From NCBI GenBank assembly GCA_902797625.1, contig CADBTU010000036.1, positions 1 to 57,418 of the forward strand: a stretch of 57,418 nt of DNA, written 5' to 3'. The translations under genes and the position numbers were made by a program. The number at the start of each line of letters is the position of its first letter. The stretch's first letter is position 1. Under the pieces are notes generated by a model. That model saw nothing but the letters and a program-made list of their open reading frames with translations, had not been told where the DNA came from and ran no database searches. Origin of the DNA: an uncultured Bacteroidota bacterium (GTDB taxonomy: Bacteria; Bacteroidota; Bacteroidia; Bacteroidales; WCHB1-69). Shown here one piece after another: positions 38,322-46,586 of this stretch.

Positions 38322-39647
38322 ATGCAAGATATAGAGTATTCATCGCCCGAAAAAATAAAGCAATTTCAAGAAAATAAATTGCAAGAAGCACTACAATTCC
38401 TTCAACAAAACTCTAAATACTATGGACGGATGTTTGAGCGTTATAATATCAACATCAATAATATTCAGTATCTTGAGGATTTAGTGAATATTCCTTTTAC
38501 TGAAAAAAAGGATTTACAACTTTTTAATGAAGACTTTTTATGTGTTCCTACTCACAAGGTTATAGATTACATCACTACAAGTGGAACTCTCAGCGACCCT
38601 GTAACGTTTTGTTGCACCGAGAAAGATCTTCAACGCCTCGCTTATAACGAAAGAAAAAGTTTTGAATGCGCAGGTCTCCATCCTGGCAATATTCTTCAAC
38701 TGATGGTAACATTAGATAAAAGGTTTATGGCTGGTTTGGCATATTTTTTGGGTCTTAGAGAATTAGGAGCCTCTGTTGTTCGTGTGGGCAACGGGATACC
38801 AGAGTTGCAATGGGATACTATCAATAGAATAAAACCAGATAGTATTATGTGTGTGCCATCATTTATACCACGACTGATTCAATATGCTGAAGATCATGGA
38901 ATAGACTACCGAAAATCGAGTGTGAGAAAAATTATAGGTATCGGTGAAAGTCTGCGCAATCAGAATTTTTCTCTTAATCTTCTCGGAAATCAGATAAAAC
39001 AGAAGTGGGATGTAGAGTTGTATGCTACCTATTCTTCAACTGAAATGGGGGCTACTTTTAGCGAATGCGAATTTGGTGTAGGTGGACATGTTCATCCTGA
39101 ACTTATTATTGTAGAAATTATTGGAGATGATAATTTGCCTGTTCCTGACGGTGAAGTAGGGGAGGTTGTTATCACCACTCTCGGCGTTGAAGGAATGCCA
39201 TTGTTGCGATTTCGTACAGGTGATATATGTGCCAAAATCAACGAAAAATGTAACTGTGGTCGTAATAGCTACCGCTTGACTCCTCTTGTGGGACGTAAAA
39301 ATAATATGATAAAGTTGAAAGGAACAACACTCTATCCTCCAGCTATGATGGATGTCCTTAATAACACACCTTTCGTGTATAATTATGTGATTTATGTTCA
39401 AGATTCACAACAAGGAACAGATGAGGTGCTCGTTAAAATTGGACTTAATGATGAATTTATCTCTCAAAATACACATTTTAGAGAACATCCTGAAGAGATA
39501 ATCAATGAGTTGAAGAATAGATTTCGTGCTCATGTTAGAGTTGCTCCTGTCGTTAAAGTAGCTACAGTAGAAGAAATTCAGAAAATAAACTTTCCTCAAA
39601 GCTCCAGAAAACCTGTGAAATTTATTGATTTACGCAAAAAACACTAA
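38322..39647 (+). CDS. Phenylacetate--CoA ligase-like adenylate-forming enzyme (PaaK/F390 synthetase family)
   Basis: TSGTLSDPV and YSSTEMG motifs, with a PaaK-like length. The track start at 38211 overlaps the preceding gene. ATG 38322 (MQDIEYSSPEKIKQFQ) lies 1 nt after its stop. Confidence 0.75.
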   Translation: MQDIEYSSPEKIKQFQENKLQEALQFLQQNSKYYGRMFERYNININNIQYLEDLVNIPFTEKKDLQLFNEDFLCVPTHKVIDYITTSGTLSDPVTFCCTEKDLQRLAYNERKSFECAGLHPGNILQLMVTLDKRFMAGLAYFLGLRELGASVVRVGNGIPELQWDTINRIKPDSIMCVPSFIPRLIQYAEDHGIDYRKSSVRKIIGIGESLRNQNFSLNLLGNQIKQKWDVELYATYSSTEMGATFSECEFGVGGHVHPELIIVEIIGDDNLPVPDGEVGEVVITTLGVEGMPLLRFRTGDICAKINEKCNCGRNSYRLTPLVGRKNNMIKLKGTTLYPPAMMDVLNNTPFVYNYVIYVQDSQQGTDEVLVKIGLNDEFISQNTHFREHPEEIINELKNRFRAHVRVAPVVKVATVEEIQKINFPQSSRKPVKFIDLRKKH

Positions 39648-39654
39648 ATTATTT

Positions 39655-41076
39655 ATGAGAAATCGGCGAGATTCTTTTAAAGAGAGTATTCTTCGTAACC
39701 TTAAGTTTACTCCTACACAAAGTCAAAGTGTCGCAGTTGATAGTATTGCCGATTTTATATTTAACAAAGGCGATAATTTTCTTTACCTTTTGAAAGGATA
39801 TGCTGGAACAGGCAAAACAAGTATTGTAAGTGCATTAGTGAGATCACTTTCTGAGTTGAAAGTTAAAATAGTTCTGCTTGCTCCTACAGGTAGAGCCTCT
39901 AAAGTGTTATCGCATTATTCTAAACGAAAAGCTTATACTATCCATAAGTGGATATATCGAGCATATTCTAAAAATGGTGTTCATAAGTTTATTAAGAAAG
40001 AAAATAAAGACGACCATACCCTTTATATTGTGGACGAGGCATCGATGGTATCAGTAAATTCTAAAAACGAAACTTTTAATTTGAATTTATTAGATGATTT
40101 GATGGATTTTGTTTATTCTGGAAAAAGCAATAGAATGCTTTTTGTTGGCGATGACGCTCAGCTTCCCCCAGTAAATTCTATCGAAAGCCCTGCTCTTGAC
40201 GCTGATTATCTTCGCTCTTCCTATTGTGTTAATGTTTTTGGAACTTTGATGACTGATGTTGTTAGGCAAACTGTAGATTCTGGTATTTTGTTGAATGCTA
40301 CTCTATTACGAGATAAACTTCGCACTTGTGTTTATACCTTACCATACTTTTCAGGGGATAACTATCCAGATTTTAGAAGAGTTTCTGGAGTGGATTTTGA
40401 GGAATTGTTAAATGAGCTTTACGGTAAGTATTCTGTAGAAGAGATTGTTACTATTACCCGTTCAAATAAACGAGCAGTATTGTTTAATAATGCAATAAGA
40501 GGCAGAATCCTTTTTCGTGAGAATGTCGTTGGGGTAGGAGACTATGTTATGGCGGTTAAGAACAATTACTATTGGTTAGATGAACTTTCTGAAGCAGGTT
40601 TTATAGCAAATGGCGACATTATGGAAATACTTTCAATTCAGAAACAACAAGAAATTTATGGTTTTCATTTTGCAGATATTACAGTACGACTTTGCGATTA
40701 CCCCGACCATCCAACTGTAGATATTAAAGTGATACTCGAGAGTTTGGATTTTGACGGCCCTTCATTATCATACGAAGAGAATAGAAAATTGTATGACGCA
40801 GTCGCAGAAGATTACGAAGGGTTAAATTCTAAAGCACGTTTTTTATGCTTGAAAAAAGACCCTTACGTAAATGCTGTTCAGATTAAGTTTGCATATTCTA
40901 TGACTTGCCATAAAACACAAGGCGGACAGTGGTCGCATGTGATTGTTGATCAAGGTTTTTTTCAACCAGAATCTGCCGATAGAGAATATTTGCGTTGGCT
41001 TTATACAGCTCTTACGCGTGGCACAAAGAATGTTTACCTTCTTAATTTTAACGAGGAAATTTTTGGGAAAATTTAG
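39655..41076 (+). CDS. RecD-like ATP-dependent DNA helicase (SF1)
   Basis: Walker A is GYAGTGKTS and Walker B is IVDEASMV. FVGDDAQLPPV and the C-terminal MTCHKTQGGQW are also present. The track start at 39625 is TTG, so ATG 39655 was used. Confidence 0.8.
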   Translation: MRNRRDSFKESILRNLKFTPTQSQSVAVDSIADFIFNKGDNFLYLLKGYAGTGKTSIVSALVRSLSELKVKIVLLAPTGRASKVLSHYSKRKAYTIHKWIYRAYSKNGVHKFIKKENKDDHTLYIVDEASMVSVNSKNETFNLNLLDDLMDFVYSGKSNRMLFVGDDAQLPPVNSIESPALDADYLRSSYCVNVFGTLMTDVVRQTVDSGILLNATLLRDKLRTCVYTLPYFSGDNYPDFRRVSGVDFEELLNELYGKYSVEEIVTITRSNKRAVLFNNAIRGRILFRENVVGVGDYVMAVKNNYYWLDELSEAGFIANGDIMEILSIQKQQEIYGFHFADITVRLCDYPDHPTVDIKVILESLDFDGPSLSYEENRKLYDAVAEDYEGLNSKARFLCLKKDPYVNAVQIKFAYSMTCHKTQGGQWSHVIVDQGFFQPESADREYLRWLYTALTRGTKNVYLLNFNEEIFGKI

Positions 41077-41108
41077 CTTTTAATCTCCAATAGTATGCTA
41101 TTTTTTTG

Positions 41109-41116
41109 TAATTTTG
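41109..41116 (+). promoter_or_regulatory. Bacteroidota -7 promoter box TAATTTTG
   Basis: Matches TAnnTTTG, 19 nt upstream of ATG 41135. The track's TTG start at 41114 lies inside the box. Confidence 0.45.
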
Positions 41117-41134
41117 CAGGCTAATTTTTTGATT

Positions 41135-42151
41135 ATGAATAGAGAAAGAATAGATAACGTTTTTGAAGAGTTTAAGAATACCAAAATTTTGGTTATTGGA
41201 GATGTGATGATAGATTGCTATTTAACAGGTAAAGTTACGAGAATAAGTCCAGAAGCCCCAGTTCCAATTGTTAATGTGGAAAGTAGAAGTTATAGGCTTG
41301 GCGGGGCAGCGAATGTAGCTCTCAATCTTAAATCTCTTGGAGCAGATCCAATACTTTGCTCTGTGATAGGTAGCGATTCAAAGGCAAAAGTGTTCTATAA
41401 TCTTATGGAAGATAGCGAATTAACATCTGACGCTATTGTTCCTATGTATGGGCGCCGTACAACAATAAAGTACCGTATTATTGGCAATAATTCTCATATT
41501 GCACGAGTTGATGACGAGCGTGTTCAGCAACTTAAAGAACGCGAAAAACGACAATTCTTAACAACTGTTGAACAAATTATTGATCATAATAATATTGACG
41601 CTATTATTTTTGAAGATTATGACAAAGGTATTTTCTCTAAAGACTTAATATCTGAAATTATTAGTTTCGCCAAGAAAAAGGATATTTTTATTGCGGTTGA
41701 CCCTAAAGAGAAGAATTTTAATAACTATATCGGTGTAAATCTCTTCAAACCTAATATGAAAGAACTTTCAAGAGGACTCCACGTAGAAGAAAATACAGAA
41801 CTAACACTTGATGAAATTCGCGATTTGGCTGAAAAGTTCTCTAAAACTCAACAAATTGATAAGGTTATGATTACAATGTCTGCTAAAGGTATTGCTTTTT
41901 ACGACCGAATTAACAATAAATTCTCACATCAGCCTGCTTTTCAACGCCGCGTTAGCGATGTATCAGGTGCTGGCGATACTGTTATCTCTGTTTCTACTCT
42001 CTTCTTGTTAAAAGGCCACTCCGTAGAAGAAACTTGTCTTGCATCTAACCTTGCGGGCGGACTTGTATGTGAATACGTAGGAGTTGTGCCTATTAACGCT
42101 TCTCAACTAAAATCTGAATACGCAAAAAACGAAAATATTCTGAAAAAGTAG
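41135..42151 (+). CDS. D-glycero-beta-D-manno-heptose-7-phosphate kinase-like (RfaE domain I, PfkB family)
   Basis: ILVIGDVMIDCYLTGKVTRISPEAPVPIV matches the RfaE/HldE kinase N-terminus, and the C-terminus carries GAGDTVISV. Confidence 0.75.
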   Translation: MNRERIDNVFEEFKNTKILVIGDVMIDCYLTGKVTRISPEAPVPIVNVESRSYRLGGAANVALNLKSLGADPILCSVIGSDSKAKVFYNLMEDSELTSDAIVPMYGRRTTIKYRIIGNNSHIARVDDERVQQLKEREKRQFLTTVEQIIDHNNIDAIIFEDYDKGIFSKDLISEIISFAKKKDIFIAVDPKEKNFNNYIGVNLFKPNMKELSRGLHVEENTELTLDEIRDLAEKFSKTQQIDKVMITMSAKGIAFYDRINNKFSHQPAFQRRVSDVSGAGDTVISVSTLFLLKGHSVEETCLASNLAGGLVCEYVGVVPINASQLKSEYAKNENILKK

Positions 42152-42226
42152 TCTTTCTGCTAAAATATTCTACCTAATAATACTAATAACCTATGATTCT
42201 CGTTATTGATGTTAAATAGAATTTGT

Positions 42227-42952
42227 ATGAACATTATTAAGAGAACTACTATTTTAACTTTTTTACTCGGTATTGCGTTTTCATCAATAGCGCAAGGCGG
42301 TGCTTTTGGAGTTCCTAATTTGTTGAAATATGATAAAAAACCTTTTCATTTTGGTTTTATGCTTGGTTATAACCAATTTAACTATAAAATTGCTTCCGAC
42401 CACGATTTGTCTGAATATGATTCTCTAAAGTCTATAACAACGCAGTCTCTTAGCGGTTTTAGTCTTGGAATTGTAACAAACTTGAGATTAGGAAAATATT
42501 TTGATTTAAGATTTATTCCAGGTCTCTCTTTCGGCGATCGCTATGTGAATTACTCAATATTGTATTCAACAGGAAATAAAGTTGTAACTCAAAAAAATCT
42601 TGAATCAGTATATTTGGATTTACCAGTTCTTGTGAAGTATAAGTCTTCTCGAATGCTGAACAATATTAGGGCTTATGTTATAGCAGGTGGACAATATAGT
42701 TTTGATATGATTTCTGCTAAGAAAAAGAAACAAAATGCTAATCAAGAAATTGTATTAAAACTTAATCCGCATGATTTTCAAGCTCAAGTTGGTGTAGGGT
42801 TAGATTTCTACTGTACCTATTTCAAGTTTACTACTGAATTTAAAATGTCCTTCGGTCTCTTTGATATGCTCTACCATGAAAATAATATTTACGCAAAAAG
42901 TGTAACATCTTTGAGATCCCAAGTGATGCAAATATCGTTTATATTTGAATAA
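42227..42952 (+). CDS. Small outer-membrane beta-barrel protein (PorT/OMP_b-brl_2-like)
   Basis: About 241 aa with signal peptide MNIIKRTTILTFLLGIAFSSIAQ, an alternating beta-strand pattern and a terminal ISFIFE. The PorT-like label is tentative. ATG 42209 is an alternative start. Confidence 0.55.
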   Translation: MNIIKRTTILTFLLGIAFSSIAQGGAFGVPNLLKYDKKPFHFGFMLGYNQFNYKIASDHDLSEYDSLKSITTQSLSGFSLGIVTNLRLGKYFDLRFIPGLSFGDRYVNYSILYSTGNKVVTQKNLESVYLDLPVLVKYKSSRMLNNIRAYVIAGGQYSFDMISAKKKKQNANQEIVLKLNPHDFQAQVGVGLDFYCTYFKFTTEFKMSFGLFDMLYHENNIYAKSVTSLRSQVMQISFIFE

Positions 42953-42967
42953 AATAATAGAAATAAT

Positions 42968-44482
42968 ATGTCAAACAACGAAGATCTTTTTAAACAAATT
43001 ATAGCTCACGCAAAGGAGTACGGATTCATATTCCCCTCAAGCGAAATTTATGATGGTTTGAGTGCTGTATATGATTATGGTCAGAATGGTGTGGAACTTA
43101 AAAACAATATTAAACAATATTGGTGGAAATCAATGGTTCAATATCATGACAATATAGTAGGGCTTGACAGTGCTATTTTTATGCATCCCACCATTTGGAA
43201 AGCTTCGGGGCACGTTGATGCGTTTAACGATCCTTTAATTGACAATAAAGATTCTAAAAAACGTTATCGTGCCGATGTACTTATTGAAGATTATATCCAA
43301 AAAATTGAGGATAAAATTGATAAAGAGATTGATAAAGCAAAAAAACGTTTTAATAATTTCGATGAGGTTCTATATCGTCAAACAAATGCTCGCGTGGTTC
43401 AATACCAGATGCAAGTTGACGACATTCGTTCTCGTTTCGCAGAATTGATGAATAATAGCGACCTTGTAGGAATAAAGGCACTTATAGAGGAACTCGGTAT
43501 AGCTTGTCCTATTTCAGGTACTCGCAATTGGACAGATGTTAGGCAGTTTAATTTGATGTTTGCCACAAAACTCGGTTCTGTAGTTGATGGAGCAGATACA
43601 ATCTATCTACGTCCAGAAACAGCGCAAGGAATTTTTGTAAATTTCTTGAACATATACAAAACAGGTCGCATGAAGTTGCCTTTCGGAATTGCGCAAATTG
43701 GTAAAGCTTTCAGAAATGAGATTGTAGCACGCCAATTTATCTTTAGAATGCGCGAATTTGAGCAGATGGAGATGCAGTTCTTTGTGAAACCAGGCGAGGA
43801 ACTCAAATGGTTTGAGTATTGGAAGCAAACACGTTTGAAGTGGCACACCGAATTGGGTATTCCTACCGATAATTACCGTTTTCACGATCACGAAAAGCTT
43901 GCCCATTATGCAAATGCCGCTTCAGATATAGAATTCAAATTTCCTTTCGGATTTAAAGAACTTGAAGGTATTCATTCTCGCACAAACTTTGATCTTTCAC
44001 AACACGAACAATATTCAGGTAAAAAACTTCGCTATTTCGATCCAGAAAAAAATGAAAACTATGTGCCATACGTTGTGGAAACTTCTATTGGAGTTGATAG
44101 AATGTTTTTGGCTGTGTTTAGCTATGCTTATAAAGAGGAAACTTTAGAAGATGGTTCTTCGCGAACTGTTTTACGTCTTCCTGCAAAACTTGCACCATTT
44201 AAGGCCGCGGTGCTCCCTCTTGTTAAAAAAGATGGACTTCCTGAAGTGGGATACGAAATTTTTGATATGCTTAAAAAGGATTTTATGGTGCAATATGATG
44301 AAAAAGATGCTATAGGTCGCCGTTACCGTCGACAAGATGCAATAGGAACTCCATTCTGTATTACTATTGATAATCAAACTAAAGAGGATAATACTGTTAC
44401 AGTTCGCGAACGTGATACAATGACTCAATATCGACTACCTATATCTGAACTTACAACTGAGTTGCTTAAAAAAATACGTTAA
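42968..44482 (+). CDS. glyQS: Glycine--tRNA ligase (alpha2 type)
   Basis: 504 aa. Full-length class II GlyRS pattern (FPSSEIYDGLSAVYDYGQNGVELKNNI, GKAFRNEI, GVDRMFLA). Confidence 0.95.
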   Translation: MSNNEDLFKQIIAHAKEYGFIFPSSEIYDGLSAVYDYGQNGVELKNNIKQYWWKSMVQYHDNIVGLDSAIFMHPTIWKASGHVDAFNDPLIDNKDSKKRYRADVLIEDYIQKIEDKIDKEIDKAKKRFNNFDEVLYRQTNARVVQYQMQVDDIRSRFAELMNNSDLVGIKALIEELGIACPISGTRNWTDVRQFNLMFATKLGSVVDGADTIYLRPETAQGIFVNFLNIYKTGRMKLPFGIAQIGKAFRNEIVARQFIFRMREFEQMEMQFFVKPGEELKWFEYWKQTRLKWHTELGIPTDNYRFHDHEKLAHYANAASDIEFKFPFGFKELEGIHSRTNFDLSQHEQYSGKKLRYFDPEKNENYVPYVVETSIGVDRMFLAVFSYAYKEETLEDGSSRTVLRLPAKLAPFKAAVLPLVKKDGLPEVGYEIFDMLKKDFMVQYDEKDAIGRRYRRQDAIGTPFCITIDNQTKEDNTVTVRERDTMTQYRLPISELTTELLKKIR

Positions 44483-44486
44483 TATA

Positions 44487-44520
44487 AAGAGGCACAATTA
44501 TATGGTGCCTCTTCTTTAAT
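44487..44520 (+). terminator. Hairpin terminator after glyQS
   Basis: AAGAGGCAC-(9 nt)-GTGCCTCTT followed by the T-rich CTTTAATTT. It starts 5 nt after the stop codon. Confidence 0.6.
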
Positions 44521-44528
44521 TTAAGACT

Positions 44529-45992
44529 ATGAAGAAAATTATTCTATTAGTACCATTTTTATTCCTTTGTTATTTTGTGGCTAACGCTCAAGGAATGAAA
44601 GCTTTTATATCACATAAGGCTTTCTGCACCAATACAATGCAGCCATATATCGAGTTTACTTTTATCATTGGTGGAAATACAGTTAACTATGTTCCCATTA
44701 CCGATAATCGTTATCAAGCTGATGTTGAAATTCGAGTTGATATGATGAGAAATGACACATTGGTTAAACAGCTGCACTATATTCTTAATAGCGACCAATT
44801 TGAGGATTCTGTAAGACAAACAAAGCCAGATTTTGTTGATATACAGAATGTACCTATGCCTCAAGGTGAATTTTTTCTCTATTTCTATATGACTGATCTT
44901 CATGGTAATAAAGATACTCTTTCATATATCGATAAAATATCTTTAAATTTTCCAGAAGATGCTATATCAACATCTAAACTATCGCTACACAGATCTTTAG
45001 TTGCCTCTGAAAATCCTGGTCTATTTGTTAAATATGGATATCAGATTCCTCCTCTTTATTCTAATTTTGTTCCTGAATCTCAATATACTCTCCCTTTCTC
45101 ATTAGAGGTTTACAATACAAAAAATATTTTAGGAGGTCAGAAACTTAAAGCTGATTGTTATATTCAAAGTGTAGAATCACGATTAGTTGTTAATGCTAAT
45201 AATATTATAACTCTTCACGCCCCAACAGATGATGTTGTACTATTTTTGAATGAATTTAACGTTTTTAATTTGCCATCAGGTAACTATTTTGCAGTTCTTG
45301 ACCTTTATGATAATCGAGATAGCCTATTGTTATCTGAAAGAGTATTTTTTCAAAAAAGTAATCCATCTGTTAAGTTGAATTTAAATGACTATAGTGTAAC
45401 ATCAATCACTGGTACTTTTGTTGAATTTGATACTATCCGTAAAGATCTTATAGATAATATTAAAACACTATTCCCAATCAGTACTAACATTGAGCGCGAC
45501 TTCTATGAAAATAATTTAAAACATCTTCCTATTGAACAATTACAAAGTTATTTTTATAGCTTTTGGAAAAAACGTAATCCTTCGAATCCAGAAGAGGCGT
45601 GGAAAAAATATAAAACTCGTGTAGATATTGTGCAGGAACGTTTTGGTAGCAGGCAAGTTAAAGGTTATCTCACCGATCGCGGTAGAATATACCTTCAGTA
45701 CGGACAACCTAACGAGATAATAGAGGAACATTCTGATCCTGTTACTCTTCCTTACGAAGTTTGGCATTATTACTACCTTAACGGTCAGTCAAATGTTAAG
45801 TTTATCTTCTACGACCCAGTTTTAACAGGACGAGATTACGAACTTTTGCACTCAAATCTTTATGGCGAGCGTAATAATCCAAATTGGAAAATGTATCTTG
45901 TTCGTAAAATTCAAACTCAACAAGATATATATGAAACAAATCCTTTAGATTATTGGGGTAACAGTATGGATGATTACTGGCGTTATCATTGA
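44529..45992 (+). CDS. GWxTD domain-containing secreted protein
   Basis: 487 aa with a signal peptide. The C-terminal block is FWKKRNP...KGYLTDRGRIYLQYGQPNEI...YEVWHY, which matches the GWxTD domain pattern. Confidence 0.7.
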   Translation: MKKIILLVPFLFLCYFVANAQGMKAFISHKAFCTNTMQPYIEFTFIIGGNTVNYVPITDNRYQADVEIRVDMMRNDTLVKQLHYILNSDQFEDSVRQTKPDFVDIQNVPMPQGEFFLYFYMTDLHGNKDTLSYIDKISLNFPEDAISTSKLSLHRSLVASENPGLFVKYGYQIPPLYSNFVPESQYTLPFSLEVYNTKNILGGQKLKADCYIQSVESRLVVNANNIITLHAPTDDVVLFLNEFNVFNLPSGNYFAVLDLYDNRDSLLLSERVFFQKSNPSVKLNLNDYSVTSITGTFVEFDTIRKDLIDNIKTLFPISTNIERDFYENNLKHLPIEQLQSYFYSFWKKRNPSNPEEAWKKYKTRVDIVQERFGSRQVKGYLTDRGRIYLQYGQPNEIIEEHSDPVTLPYEVWHYYYLNGQSNVKFIFYDPVLTGRDYELLHSNLYGERNNPNWKMYLVRKIQTQQDIYETNPLDYWGNSMDDYWRYH

Positions 45993-45997
45993 TATGT

Positions 45998-46582
45998 ATG
46001 AAGAGATTTATTGACATAATAATTTCTGTTTTGGTAATTCTAATAGGATTACCTTTTGCTTTTGTTATTGCTGTAATTATTTTAGTGGATTCGCCTGGTA
46101 GCATATTCTTTGTGCAAAATAGAGTTGGCCGCAATAATGTAGATTTCTCACTTCTTAAATTTCGCACTATGCATACAAATGCCGATAAATCTGGATTGTT
46201 AACTGTAGGTTCAGATTCTCGTATTACGAGAGTAGGAAAATTTCTCAGGAAGTTTAAGATTGATGAATTTCCCCAATTTGTGAATATCTTAAAAGGCGAT
46301 ATGAGTATAGTAGGCCCTCGACCTGAAGTGAGAAAATATGTGGAAATGTATTCTCCTGAACAGATGAAAGTTCTCTCTGTTAGGCCTGGTTTAACAGACT
46401 ATGCCTCTATAAAATATGTTAACGAAAATGAAATACTTGCAAACTCTGACAATCCAGAGCTGACATATATTCAGAATGTTATGCCAGATAAACTAAGTCT
46501 TAATATAATGTACATAGAGAATATGTCTTTAACAGAAGATTTTAAGATTATTTTTAAGACAATTCTCGCTATTTTTAAATAA
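45998..46582 (+). CDS. Small monotopic phosphoglycosyl (sugar) transferase, PglC/WbaP C-terminal type
   Basis: MKRFIDIIISVLVILIGLPF, RVGRNNVDFSLLKFRTM and DEFPQFVNILKGDMSIVGPRP are the classic bacterial sugar transferase motifs. Confidence 0.85.
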   Translation: MKRFIDIIISVLVILIGLPFAFVIAVIILVDSPGSIFFVQNRVGRNNVDFSLLKFRTMHTNADKSGLLTVGSDSRITRVGKFLRKFKIDEFPQFVNILKGDMSIVGPRPEVRKYVEMYSPEQMKVLSVRPGLTDYASIKYVNENEILANSDNPELTYIQNVMPDKLSLNIMYIENMSLTEDFKIIFKTILAIFK

Positions 46583-46586
46583 AACA

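Noticed and set aside
31086-41076. Possible defence module, considered because of the HsdR-N-like nuclease-fold protein and the RecD-like helicase.
   Set aside because: The two genes are 8 kb apart, separated by housekeeping genes, and each is embedded in its own operon context. No methylase, specificity subunit, toxin or other defence hallmark is present.
45802-46167. 121-aa minus-strand ORF across the GWxTD/sugar transferase junction.
   Set aside because: It is antisense to two motif-supported genes.
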